Source: Azolla caroliniana (lineage: Eukaryota > Plantae > Polypodiophyta). From it: a DNA stretch of 64,000 bases. Positions 12,453 through 26,300 of the stretch are shown here, in pieces. The notes beneath the pieces were generated by a model. The model worked only from the letters and a program-made list of their open reading frames with translations, did no database searches and had not been told where the DNA came from. The translations under genes and the position numbers were made by a program. Location: contig JBHGNT010000002.1 of the NCBI GenBank assembly GCA_043228905.1, positions 16,492,001 through 16,556,000 on the forward strand. Reading direction: 5' to 3'. How positions within the stretch are numbered: the stretch's first letter is position 1; each line of letters opens with the position of its first letter.

Positions 12453-15400
12453 TGTTGAGAGACAAGCTCAACATCGGCCGGATCGGCTGAAGAAGCCGAG
12501 GACTGGATCGGTTGGGACCGATCGGTTAGGCCGAGTGCGTAAACCGGGAGGTCGTTAGGAAAGATATTCCGTGAGGAATATATTTGGGAGTTAGTGCAGG
12601 AGCTCTTGATGAGCATTGAAGTACTGTCAGTACTTCGGTCAGTCCTTCTAGGACTTGTATTAAAGTGTTCACTGAGCACGTCTTATGTAGAGACTGAGTA
12701 TTATTGTTGAATATAGTTTTTAGTGTTTCTCTCTCTGTCTCTCCCTCGTATACCGTGTAAGCCCAAGCTCTCCATTGAACCTGAGTTTCCTTCCTTCTGT
12801 TCTGTCTTCATGCTTGCTTCCGCACACTACTTTTTACATGGTATCAGAGTGCGAGGGTTGAGAACCTCTCTACAGCCGACACAGCTTAACGAAGAAGAAC
12901 AAGAAGAACGATGGATAGAGGCATGGCGAGCTCACTTCCAACAGAGAAGCTCGACAGAACCAACTACGCGTCTTGGTCCTACAAGATGCACCAGTACCTG
13001 CTCGGGCACGGCTACTAGAGTTACGTCGAAGGAGCTAATGACGCGGCACCCGAATCGACACACAGAGACTTCCCGTCGTGGGAGCAATCGGCGAGCAGGG
13101 TACTATACTGCTTCGGATCGTGTGTGGGCGAACAACTATTGAGCTATGTTCGGGATGCAAAGACGCCGAAGGGTGCGTGGGAAAATCTGAAGAAGATTTT
13201 CTCCGCGAGCACCACAGCCAGGAAGCTCCAGCTCCGACAGGAGTTGAGCAACCTACGACAACGCGACTTGTCAGTGGCGGACTATACCTCGAAGATCAAG
13301 GATATCTACGACTCCCTCACCTCCATAGAGGTGAACATCAAGGAGAGCGAGATGGTCCAGATCTGTCTCGGAGGTTTGGCATCGAAGTTCGGAGCGTTCC
13401 GAACGGCTGTGTGTACCCGGGAGAATACGCCATCCTTTTTCGACTTACCGTCGATGCTCCTAGTAGAGGAGAACCACGCGGGTGCGTCTACAAGCACGCA
13501 CACTGACAGCAGAATGTTGTACACAGAGGGAGATAGGCCCCGTGGACGTGGAGGACGAGGCGAGTCGGCGCGCAATGGAGGCGGCCGACGAGATCAAGGA
13601 AGAAGGCACCGAAGTGATGCCGACAGAAACTCCGGACCCTCCGGAAACAGGGGGAGTCAAAGCGATGAGAACCGGCAAGGGAAGGCCATCGCGGACTGCT
13701 GGTACTGTGGCAAGAAAGGCCATAGGGAAAGTGAGTGCTCGAAGAAACGCGCCGACTCGGAGAGAACCGGTTCCGGAAACGGCTTCGGACATACCGACAA
13801 GGGAAATCGGCAGCGATCGCACTATGCCAAAGACTCCGGGAGAGCCGGAGAAGGGTCTGTCTTCATGGCGAGACACGAAGCAAACTCAATGAAACAGAGC
13901 ACCCCGAGATCGGACGAGGTGTGGTACGTAGACTCCGGCGCGTCAAACCACATGACGAGCCATAAGGAGTGGTTCTCGTACCTTGAAAAACCGATGCAAC
14001 CTAGAGTAGTCGCAACTGGAGTCGACACTTTGCATCCGATTGCGAATGTCGGAGAAGTTCCCCTTAGCCATGTCGGGCAGAACTTGCTGCACGTGCTGCA
14101 CGTTCCGACAATCACGAAGAACTTGGTCTCGGTCGGACAGATCGTCGACCAAGGGATGGAGGTTCGGTTTACACACCTCGGGTGCTTCATTGAGGAAGAA
14201 GGCCGTGTGATTGCGCAAGGGCGCAGAGACGGGAGGATGTTCATCCTCGACTCCACTGACGGCGGCACCGCAATGTTCACAAAGGGACAAAAAGCCGAGT
14301 CGGACATCAACTTGTGGCACAAGCGGATAGGCCACGTCAACCACCAACGGCTTCAATATCTGCAATCGAAACAGGTAGTATTCGGATTGCCCAAATTTAG
14401 TGGCCGAAAGGCACAAATTTGTGAAGCTTGCCAGCTCGGGAAGCAACACCGACTTCCCTTCCCAAACAAGCGAAACCGGAGCCGGAATAAGCTCGACCTT
14501 ATACACTCCGATGTATGGGGGCCGGTACAAAACGTTAGTCTTGGCGGGAGCCGATATTTCGTCTCCTTCATCGACGACCACACGCGGCACACGTGGATCT
14601 ACCTCATTGAGAGGAAGAGCGAAGTCTTCGACTGTTTCCGTCACCCTCAAAGGGTTCGTGGAAACGGAAACGGGACGGAAGATCAAGTGCCTGCGGTCGG
14701 ATGGCGGGAAAGAGTACTTTTCCGGTCATTTCAATGGTTATCTACAACAAATGGGAATTCGCCGCGAATTCAGTTGTAGATACACGCCGGAGCAAAACGG
14801 CGTGGCCGAGAGAAAGAATCGGTCAGTTGTGGAAGCGGCACGGGCAATGCTGGAGGAGAAGAGCTTGCCCAAGTTCTACTGGGCCGAGGCGGCATCCATA
14901 ACCGGATCGGAGACAAAGTGTCGGCGCACGAGCTATATTTCGGAACGAAGCCGAACTTGCGACACTTGAGGGTGTTTGGCAGCATTGCGTATGTGCATAT
15001 ACCGAAGGAGAAAAGGAGGAAGCTGGACGCAAAGGCCAAGAAATGCATCTTGGTCGGTTACTCGGACGAGTAGAAGGGTTATAAGTGCTATAACCCTCGC
15101 ACCAAAGAAGCGCGTGTCAGCCGCGACGTTGTGTTTGACGAGTCCGCGTCCTGGTACCTGCCCCCGACTACGAACCCCGACTCCAATCCGAGCTCTGACG
15201 ATGAGGTCAGCGAGGCCGAGATGCCTCCGGATGAGCCCGAAATCGAGACCCGCGACGAGAATCCGATTTCACTCCGGTTAAGTGGACCGATTGGACGACT
15301 GAGTTGGTACGACCAGTCCGATGAAGAGCCGGCGAGTAGTGGAGACTCGGCCGTGCATTCCCCGCGCAGGAAGCCGAGGAGACGGCTTACGCACAAAGAG

Positions 15401-18089
15401 AAAGGGAAGAAGAAGGTGTCGGATTCCGGCACGGAAAGGAACGAGTCAGACTGACGCGAGTCCGACTCCGAGGGAACCGGTGACGGGTCTTTAAAGGTGA
15501 AGACCGCGTCGACCGAGAAGGCCTCGACATCAGCTAATGTGAGATTACGCCGATCTACCCGCCAGAAGAATCCTGTTTTGCGGTTTGGATACAACGAGTA
15601 CATGGCGCATCATTATGCGTACATGACCCGTGTAGCGGAAGTGCGTGAGCCGGAGAGCTACGCAGAAGCGGCGAAGGACGCGAATTGGCGTGCTGCGATG
15701 GAGGAAGAGATGCATGCATTGGCGGAGAACGAGACCTGGGACTTGGTTGACGCACCGAGAGGGGTAAAACCGATCGGGTGTAGGTGGGTGTAAAAGGTCA
15801 AGTACAACACCGATGGCTCGGTCAACCGGTACAAGGCTCGGCTAGTGGCAAAGGGCTACGCGCAAAAACACGACATCGACTACGATGAGACGTTTGCGCC
15901 GGTCGCGAAAATGACGACCGTCCGTGTTTTGCTCGCAGTAGCCGCAGCCAAGGGGTGGCACTTACATCAGATGGATGTAAAGATGCGTTCCTGCAAGGTG
16001 ACCTTGAGGAACAGGTGTACATGGTACAACCCCCCGGATTTCACTCTGGAACGAACTCCTCGGCAGTCTGCCGATTGAAGAAGTCCCTTTACGGACTGAA
16101 GCAAGCCCCGCATGCCTGGAACGCGAAGATCACGCAACAACTGCGTCGGATGGGCTTCGTCACATCAAAATCGGACTCTTCCCTGTTCATCCGGAAAGGT
16201 CGACTTGGACCGGTTAGTATTTTACTATATGTTGATGACTTGGTCATCACCGGCGCCGACCTCGGTGAAATCGATCGCGTGAAGCTCCAGCTTGCGGCAT
16301 CGTTCGACATGAAGGATCTGGGGGACCTTCATTACTTCCTCGGGATCGAAGTGATCCGTACCCCCGAAGGCATATTGATCAGCCAACGTCATTACGTGCT
16401 GAGTATGCTCTTCAAGCTCGGGATGGCCGACTGTAAGTCCGTCTCGACTCCTCTGGACAGAACCGTCAAGCTTCGTCCCGATACGGGAAAGGAATGCGAC
16501 CCGACGAGGTTCCGACAAATTGTCGGAAGCCTCATATACTTGACCATCACCCGACCCGACCTCAGTTATCCGGTCGGGGTGATCAGTCAGTTCATGGCGC
16601 AACCTACCGAGGAGCACCTTCAGTGTGCACAACGCGTACTTCGGTACGTAAGCGGCACTAAGGACTGCGGACTGCTATATCGGACCGGTGTAGCCGCGCA
16701 GTTAGTCGGCTACACCGATGCTGATTGGGCTGGCAACGCCGCCGATCGCCGATCCACGTCTGGATACGTGTTCTCCCTCGGGAGTGCCGCGATCGCATGG
16801 AGTAGTAAGAAGTAGCCAACAGTTGCACTGTCGAGCACCAAAGCCGAGTACCGAGGAGCGGCTGTCGCGACATGCAAAGCCATATGGTTGAAGCGGCTAC
16901 TTAAGGACCTGCAAGAGGAGGTGACCGATCCAATGACGATCTACTGCGACAACCTCAGTAGCATCCAACTCGCGAAGAACCCCGTCTTCCACGCACGGAC
17001 CAAGCACATTGAGGTGCACTACCATTTCGTCCATGAGCGTGTCCTTTCCGGTGAAGTCGAACTTCAGTACGTTCCGACGGATCGGCAGGCTGCCGACATC
17101 TTCACCAAGCCTCTTGGTCTGGACAAGTTGCGGCAATTCTCAGGTGCGCTCGGATTGCGTCACCTTGACGTGCCGAACTTGAGGGGGAGATCGGTCCCGA
17201 ACGACCAAGCAAGGCAGCAGGAAAGGAGCGGAGACCGCGACCCCGATTCGGTTGTCAAATTAGACTTCGGATCGGCTGAAGAAGCCGAGGGCGGACCCGC
17301 GGAAAAGTTCGGAAGCAGACAGAAGGGGAGCAACCGAAGGAGAGAGCCGAAGCCAACCACACATGGGGAAGATGATGCCATCGAGGGCGAGATGACCGAA
17401 GACGAGTTGGAGACAGCCAACTCGGACGAGAGCGAAGACCGATCGGAGGTAGCCGAGTCGGTTCGGATGTTTGATTCAGATACCCTGAATCTACCGAGGC
17501 CCAAGCGGAAGAAAAGGCAGCAGGAGAAGCGTCAAAACCGCAACAACAGAAGAGCTGATAAAGGCCGCATGAGCAGACAAGCCGACCGGAAGGGTTCAAG
17601 CGCGCGGAGTCGAACAGGTCGAGGAGCGCGAGCGAGGCGAGAAGCCAGGAGGAACCGGTGTTGTGAAGATCCCGAAGAGCCTCAAGTTGAGCTTGAGGGG
17701 GAGTGTTGAGAGACAAGCTCAACATCGACCGGATCGGCTGAAGAAGCCGAGGACCGGATCGGTTGGGACCGATTGGTTAGGCCGAGTGCGTAAACCGGGA
17801 GGTCGTTAGGAAAGATATTCCGTGAGGAATATATTTGGGAGTTAGTGTAGGAGCTCTTGATGAGCATTGAAGTACTGTCAGTACTTCGGTCAGTCCTTCT
17901 AGGACTTGTATTAAAGTGTTCACTGAGCACGTCTTATGTAGAGACTGAGCATTATTGTTGAATATAGTTTTTTGTGTTTCTCTCTCTGTCTCTCCCGCGT
18001 ATACCGTGTAAGCCCAAGCTCTCCATTGAACCTGAGTTTTCTTCCTTCTATTCTGTCTTCATACTTGCTTCCGCACGCTACTTTTTACA
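12453..18089 (+). mobile_element. Full-length Ty1/Copia element C4 (C1-related subfamily)
   Basis: 386-bp LTRs at 12453-12838 and 17704-18089 (about 11 differences by eye); TSD CTTAG/CTTAA; PBS at 12839-12850; PPT GAGGGGGAG before 17704. Confidence 0.95.
12911..17709 (+). pseudogene. Copia C4 gag-pol, disrupted
   Basis: ORFs 13124-14779, 14400-14969, 15955-16815 and 16888-17709 carry CCHC, PR, IN, RT (LYVDD), RNase H and a tail ending VELEGEC. Confidence 0.93.
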
Positions 18090-21000
18090 CTTAACAAGAT
18101 GGATGGCACTTTGACTGTCGCAATAGAGTCGGTATTCATCTTGTCGGATACCGAGCTCTCCGATGAAGTCCTTCATCCATAATATTTCCTTGCCAGCTTC
18201 CACAGCCGCCATGTACTCTACCTCCGTGGTTGACAATGCAACCGTCTTCTGCAGCCTCGACTGCCATGAAATAGCTCCCCCTGCATATGTCATTACATAC
18301 CCGGATGTAGACCGGTTGGTATCCACATCAGCCAACATGTCCGAATCGGTGAAACCGTCAAGTTGAGGTTTTCCGGAGCCGAATCGGAGACACATATTTG
18401 AAGTGCCCTTCAAATATCGGAGTATCCATTTGACCGCGTTCCAGTGCTCCTTGCCGAGATTGCTCATAAACCGGCTCACCACTCCGACTGCGTATCCTAT
18501 ATCCGGTTGGGTACACACCATTGCGTACATCAAGCTCCCGACGGCAAAGGCATATGGAATCTTCATCATATCCGCCTTCTTTGCTTTCATCTTCGGGCTT
18601 TGCTTGCCGGATAACCTGCAGTTTGCCGGAAGTGTCGATCCGACCGGTTTCGCATCTGACATGTTGAACCGGTGAAGCACCTTTGTCACGTACTTCTCCT
18701 GTGACAGCCACAATTGCTTCATTGGCCGGTTCCGGATGATATGCATCCCCAGCATCTGTCTTGCCGAACCCAAGTCTTTCATTGAGAAGGCCCGGTTGAG
18801 AGCCTTCTTCAGCATCCGTAATTTGACTTGGTCCCGTCCGACGATCAACATGTCATCCACGTACAGAAGGAGTATCAGGAAGTCGCCTCCTTCGAACTTC
18901 TTCACAAACACTCAGTGATCGGCCTGCATCTTGTGGTACCCTTGATCAGTCATGAAGGAATCGAACTTCCGGTACCATTGTCGGGGAGCCTGCTTTAGTC
19001 CGTACAGGCTCTTCTTCAGCCGGCATACCAGGTGCTCCTTCCCTTTCTCCACAAATCCCTCCGGTTGCTGCATGTAGATCTCCTCTTCGAGGTCACCGTG
19101 AAGGAATGTCGTCTTCACGTCTAGCTACTCTACCTCGAGGTCCATGCTTGCCGCTATACTCAGCACCGTCCGGATGGAGGTCATCTTTACTACCGGGGCA
19201 AATATCTCGTCAAAGTCTACGCCCTTTTTCTGCTGGAACCCCTTCACCACGATCCTGGCTTTGTATCTCGGGGGGTTGCCGGCATCTCCCAGTTTCAACT
19301 TGTACACCCACTTGTTTCGGAGTGCCCGCTTTCCTTTCGGCAACTCCACCAATTCGTACATATGGTTCTCATGCAGGGAATCCATCTCATCCTGCATGGC
19401 ACTTAACCATTTGCGGCTGTGGGTGTCATCCTTCGCTTCTTTGAAGCTTTCTGGCTCCCCCTCATCGGTTAGCAGCACATGCTCTACATCCGGAAATCTC
19501 CAAGGGGCCCTTCTCTCTCTTAGAGGATATCTCCGTCTCTGGGCTTCGGTAACCGGCTCCTCTATTTGCTCTTCATCCAAATCTGATTCGGGGTCTTGGC
19601 CTGTTCTGGTTTCAGCTTCCTCTACTTCTTCTTCTGCCGGTTCGATATCCTCACCGTAACCGGCTGCTCCTCGAGTGCTAACTGGTCTCTTGCCGGTTGG
19701 GTCAGTTCATTGTAGAGTCTATCCTTACTGGTCGACTTGGAGTTCATTATCTTCTTCTCCGACTCCCTGTCGGCGAGCGTCTTGTCCTCCATGAAGATAA
19801 TATCTCGACTCCGGAATACCTTCTTGTCGACCAGGTCCCACACTCGGTAGCCGAACTCATCGTCGCCGTAACCGAGGAATATGCATGGCCGGGTCTTTGG
19901 ATGTAACTTTCCTCTCTGGTCCTTAGCTACATGCACGTACACGAGACACCCGAACACCTTCAGATGCCGGTAGGATACTTCCTTACCAGTCCAGACCCTC
20001 TATGGCGTGTCTCTGTCCAAGGGTACTGAGGGTGATCTATTTATCACATATGTCGTTGTCGATAATGCCTCAGCCCAAAACTTCTTGGGTAGTTTTGCAT
20101 GCGCTAGCATACTCCGGACCCTCTCCATTATGGTCCGGTTCATCCTCTCGGCTAGTCCGTTTAGTTCCGGCGTCTTTGGCACGGTAAATTCGAGCCAAAT
20201 TCCCTTCGAGCGGTAGTACTCCTCGAACTACCCCCGGTATTCTCCTCCGTTATTTGCTCGAACCGCCTTCAGCTTCCGGCCGGTTTCTCTTTCCACTCTC
20301 GTGTGGAGCTCTTTGAAAACGGATAGCACCTGATCCTTCGTCTTCAACGGTGTGGCCCACAGCTTCCGGTTGTGGTCATCTATGAATGTCACGAAGTACT
20401 GCATTCCGGCATGTGACTTCGTGTCTATTTGACACACATCCGTATGCACCAACTCCAGTGGTGCATTACGTCTCATCGGTGGCCTTGGTCGGAAGGAGGT
20501 CTGGTTTTGCTTACCGGCCAGACAATCAGTGCACTTCTCCAAGTGCACGTTCTTCACTGGAATGAGGTTGTCGTCTGCAAGCCTCTTCATCCCCTTCTCG
20601 CTCATATGACACAACCTCTTGTGCCACAACTCACCGGCAGTGTCAAATGCCACGTTCACTTCTTCCGGACATAACCGGGCCTTCATCAGGTACAATGTGT
20701 TGACCTTCCGGGCCCGAGCCACAATCAGCCTCCCTTTGCTGAACTTCATGACGCCGTTCCGGATGCTACCCGTGTAGCCTTCATCATCTAGCCGACCGGC
20801 TGATATCAGGTTCAGACGAACCTCCGGAACGTGTAAGACATCCTTCAGCAGCAACTTGCATCCCGTTGGTGTTGTCAGCCACACGTCTCCTATGCCGACA
20901 ATTCGGCATGTACCTTCATTCCCCATCCGGACACAGCCATGATCACCGGTTGCGTAGAATGAGAAGCATTTCCGGTCCGGGGTAAGGTGGAACGACGTTC

Positions 21001-22462
21001 CGGAGTCTACCACCCAAGTCATCTCGTCGCCGGCAAGGTTTATCTCACTCTCCTCGGTGATGAGCATCAACTCTTCTTCACTTGCCGCGATTGCCGTCGT
21101 TCCCTTCCGGTTCGGCCCCCTCCGGTCTTTACCGTTCCGGTCCGGGGTCCGCTTCGAATTGGTACCGTCGGTCTCCTTATCTTTTCAGAAATGCCGAAAG
21201 TTCTTTTGGAAGTGTCCCGGCTTGCCGCAATAGAAGCAAGAGGGCCTCCCCCTTCACTTTGACCGTGTCCCCGACTTTTCCCGGTTCTGGGGACTACGGT
21301 TTCTTTGTCTTCCGCGTTCTGATTCGGTAAGTAACGCTTTGGAGTCGGAGCTCGTATCTTTATCTTTCCGACGCGCCTCCTCATTTAGCAAGCTCGACTT
21401 TACTCTTGCTAGGGATAGCCGTTTCCCTTCCGGCCCGGCATTGCCCAAGGTGACAACCAACGTCTCCCAGCTATGTGGGAGGGAACCGAGCAGGAGTAGT
21501 GCTAGTGCCTCATCGGCGAGAGGTACCTCCAATGATGTTGCCTGGTGGATCAGCCCCTGGAAGGCATTCATGTGCTCCGCCATGCTGGAGCCATCTTGGT
21601 ACCAGAGTCTTACTAGCTTCTGGAATACCGAAACCTGATTAACAACATTTTTGTTTTGAAACATTATGTCGATCTTCTCCCATAGCTCATGAGCCTTGCT
21701 CTCTTCATTGAAGTTGTTGTACAGGCTCATGTCGATGAAGCACCGTATGTACGCCGTTGTCTTCATGTGCATCACCTCCCATATCGTGGCGTCGATTTTG
21801 TCCGGTCTCTTGTCCCCGAACTGAACTGGCAGCCAGAGGTCTTTAATCACGAGCATGTCCCTCATCTTCGACTTCCACACCGAATAGTTGGAGCCGGTGA
21901 GCTTGAACATGCCGCCAAACGATTCATCCATTTTCTGTGTCATTTCGCTCTGATACCACTTGACGGGAACTACAGCGTTCCTTATGCGCAACACTCGGCC
22001 ACAACCGAGCTTAAAATCATACACAGAAAAAACGGAAAATAAAAGCACGACACGAAGAAGAGAAGAGTACATAGGATGTTTACGTGGAAAACCCAAAGAG
22101 GGAAAAACCACGGCAGCCCACAAGCTGCAAACTATCACTATGTTAGAATGTACAACAGTGAGTTCACGGAGGCAACGACCTCGTGCTCACGATCTTCGCC
22201 ACAGGCGGCGGTTACAACAGAGGCAACGACCTCTTTCTCTCTCTCTCTCTCTCTCTCTCTATACACAGTTACGCGCTCTCTCTCTCCTTGCACCAACAAG
22301 AATGACAACAACAGTTACTAAGAGTTTGCCCTAAGTCATATTTATACTAATATGACTTTTCGGCTATTTACAAATATAGTCATGATGGACTCTCAGAAAC
22401 ATATTTAAGAATATGTCTGCATCATCCGGGTACTCCTCATCCGGTTCTCACCGGGTCTGCAT

Positions 22463-22662
22463 CATCCAGCTCTCCGTAGCCGAGTACTCCTCATCCGGTT
22501 CTCACTGGGTCTGCACCATCCGGCTCTCCGTAGCCGGGTACTCCTCATCCGGTTCTCACCGGGTCTGAACCATCCGGCTCTCCGTAGCCGGGTACTCCTC
22601 ATCCGGTTCTCACCGGGTCTGCACCATCTGGCTCTCCGTAGCCGGGTACTCCTCATCCGGTT
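22463..22662. repeat. 54-bp tandem repeat in U3 of C3 5' LTR (3 full + 1 partial copies)
   Basis: Same unit starting at 22463, 22517, 22571, 22625. Confidence 0.95.
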
Positions 22663-22895
22663 TAGGGACCTGTCTCCCTTCCCATCCGGAGGGACCTGTC
22701 TCCCAACACAATAAGATGAAAGACATCTTCATTTCCCCCATCAACATCCGGCACCTCTGCCACCACCTACACCCACCTCACGCCTCCCAATCATTTGAAC
22801 CATTGTACTTCGTCCCCCTCACCTCTTCACCTCCATCTCAACACACACCTACCACGGTGCACCTAAGAGTCTGCACTCGTTAGGTTTGGGGGGGA

Positions 22896-23326
22896 TGTTA
22901 AGTAGATGGCGCATGGCACACTGGTTGTGAAGATACCGACACCAACGAGGAACACCAAGCTCAACCAATCTTTGGAAAAAAGTGATAGAACAAACCACGT
23001 AAGAAGCAATGTAAGACAATGGTCAACTTAGTAGAAATAGGCACACTTACGTTGTAAAAAGCTATAAAAGCCAGTTGATAGTGTTTCTAAACATGTTAAG
23101 AGTTCTCCTAATGATTAAGATCCAAGCCTCCTCTTCTATCTCCATAAATGTAATTAAGAGCTAATAGAGATTAGGATCCGGGTTAAACTGAACCCTAATC
23201 TCTCTCTTGTTGGTACTAAACCTCTATGTACTAAAGAGTGGTGATAATAAGATATTGTCTTTTCTTTTAATCTCCTTATTCACATGTATGAGAGAGTAGA
23301 GGGAGAGATCATAAGAGAGATTAACA
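22896..23326 (+). mobile_element. Probable old 3' LTR of a degraded retroelement into which C3 inserted
   Basis: G-tract TTTGGGGGGGA followed by TGTTAA...TTAACA terminal inverted repeat, with TATAAAA inside; no partner LTR seen. Confidence 0.45.
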
Positions 23327-26300
23327 TTAATCGATAACACTATGTAAACTAATAATTTGCCGGTACTTGACAACTACCGCGATCCAGTTCGCCACCAAGA
23401 GAGTGTACACCAGACTAGATCCTAGGCCAATGACATTGACAAGAGGTAAAACTCCATCAATCTATAGGAGTGATTACATGTGGCACATGAAATCGAAATA
23501 ACTACCTACAACCATTGACTTCAATCAACTTTTGTTTCCATTGACAAACCTTGCAGTACGTATGATACCACTTTTGTTAACTTTAGAACAATGTTTTCAT
23601 AAACTATTGCCTTTGATATTGAAATTCATCCACATACTTTTGGGACAACAAATGGAACTAAAAGTTACGACTCTATCTACCCCATTTGAAGTTTGTATTT
23701 TATTTTCTTCTTAAATACATTAATGTGAACAAATGATCATTCAAAGGTTTTGAATATGGCAAAATAACAATGTTCCGGCATTCTATAAAATGTTCTACAC
23801 ACGTAGATACAAAAGGTTGCATCAAACACTGCCATGACAAGTAGGATACAACATATATGGAAGGTTGCATCCAACATATGTACAAGAAATTGTCTCCAAC
23901 TTTAATAGATTCCAAATCTTGTATCAATGACTGTTCTTATACTTTAGTGGGAATCTTTTGAAACTCCCAAAGTACGGATTTCTTTTGATTATAATTTCTT
24001 CTTTGATCACTAATGACTTTAATGCATTATAACTAGATTACATTGCAAAATGTATAGATACTACTTTCCCTATTATTGCAACATATGTGAGTATTGCAAT
24101 ATCTTGTCTTTATAGATTTATTGTTTTTTGATAAAATCTAATAGTGTTTTAGTTAGAAGAAATGATCACGTTATCAATAAGGCACACTGACGTAAGTCAA
24201 TATGTCACGAAGATGTACCATATGGGACCAAAACAAAGATTTAGTACCTTTCTCAATTAATTAATGCATTATGAATTTATTGAGCAAGGGCGTGTGAAAG
24301 TAGTAATCATGGCGTGGTTAAGTAGTAATAATGGCTTACTCATCCACGATAGGTCCTTACGCTACATTCATCTCTCATGAGTTGCTCTTCAACCTTATCG
24401 TTCTAACCTGAGATTTAGGTGCTAGCTAATGACATGCATAATTGTTGCTAACTTGATCGTTGGGAAGAGCTTCACATTAAATGTCTAGATTGAAGAACCT
24501 TCATCTGTTCCCTACATCTAGCCATGCTTAGACAATATAATCTTCAAGTGTACTATCGACAATTCTCAATCATTTTACACACAACCACGTATACATCCAT
24601 ACATCTTAATCAATCAAAATAACTTTGAATGGCTATTCTCCCACATTGTAATATGACAACAAATGGTATAGAGGACTAATTCCTATAGTTGTTTATGTGG
24701 TACAAATGTAATACGACAACAAATGGTATAGACGATGTGTGTACATATTTCCATCATATGCCATTTGAATGTAATGAATTCAAGAAGCATTCTATGAACC
24801 ACTAATTACTTTGACCAATGTTACATTGTATTATCATTTGTCACTCCCATTGAATTTGGAATCATCTTTTAAACAAGTCTCTTTGAAATTTGAGATATAT
24901 CCAATTACGTTAGAATTAGATAGACCCATGGAGATTACATGGTGCAAATATTTTTTCAATTGAAATGAAGACGATGTATGATTGACTATAGGTGAAAGCT
25001 TCATCTGATTGATTGCCTTATAAATTTAATCATGTCTAGGTAATGAAAGGAAAATGAAATTTGTTATTCTTGAACATTCCTAAAAGGTTTTTGAAATTGC
25101 CTCCATATGACCAATCTATATCCTCACTAAATCTTTCTTCATCCCTCTTTTTTTCCACCATAGAAGTGACATAAGAAACATAAACGTTTCACTTTTCTAC
25201 CTTTTAATGCATGTAATAGGACATCAATGATAAAGATGTCTTAGAAGGCCCACTTTCCTCACATGTTTCCACCTCCAAACTTATGTATATTGAAGTCTTA
25301 ATCTCCGGGTTGTAAAAACCAAATGCACAAAACCTAAAGCCCTTGAGCATGACACATTATACATAATAAGCATAAATCACAATCCAAATCACAATAAACA
25401 AGCTAATTACTATTTAGAGGCCCTAAGAATGGATGTTCAAACTTCACACAACAACATTCATATACATATATATATATATAAGTGTGGAGAATTGGTGCTT
25501 CATTTATGACACTTTCAAAACTTTTAGAAAGCCAAATGTTTATACGATACAATATAAAGTGTACGTATGTACCTTTCATCGAGTTCTTTTCATTCTTATG
25601 ACTTTATTGAAGCGCGCGCGCGCACACACACACACAAACATTGTGTACATGCTCCCTCTAGTTAAATTTGTATTTATAAAAAGGCCATGAAAATGTATCT
25701 ATATTATTTTGTTGAAATTGAGAGACTATTAGTCTATGGCATTCCAATGGCGAATTCACATTCACATTCTTCAACTATAACATTAATACTAGAACTCATG
25801 TTGATGGGCGTCTGTCGAGTAATTATGTGATGAGGCTTAGTTGCTTCATTTATACATGATGTAGCCATTGCAAAGTGGCTTGTAATATATGAGTTGTATA
25901 TTATTCCATGTACTTTTCTTAACTAATGGAAGTAGAATTTTTTTTGGAAAAAAAATAATACTAGAACTCATGATTGGATTGACTGAGATATCCAATATTG
26001 CTCCCATAAAGAGTATATATATCTCTAGCAAGGTACTTCATAAACATTTCTAGTGTCAATATATAGGATCCAATTCCCTACTCATAGATAGCTTGATTTT
26101 TTCTATCAGAAAGTATGAGCTCACTAGTTGAAACATAATTATGATATGGTTCTTGTCGGGAAGGTGAAAACAACTCGCTAAATTGTAAAGAAAAAAATGT
26201 AAACATAATGGTGTAGCAATCCATGTGCAACCATGTGTGAATATGTGTATATTGGCATAAGAGATCCATAACACTTTGAATACATGCCACGTGCATTGAA

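Larger units (their letters stand above)
12266..21943 (-). pseudogene. Copia C3 gag-pol, disrupted and split in RNase H by C4
   Basis: KLTGSNYSVW gag, WVVDSG protease, VHTDVC integrase, LYVDD RT, FTDSD RNase H; SAIHLVK|NVAYHS is split at 18090/12452. Confidence 0.92.
11425..22708 (-). mobile_element. Full-length Ty1/Copia element C3 (Tnt1/Tork-like by recall), interrupted by C4
   Basis: LTRs at 11425-12232 (3') and 21961-22708 (5'); TSD CAATA at 11420-11424 and 22709-22713; minus-strand PBS TGGTATCAGAGC at ~21947-21958; minus-strand PPT GAAGGGGGAG at ~12235-12244. Confidence 0.95.
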
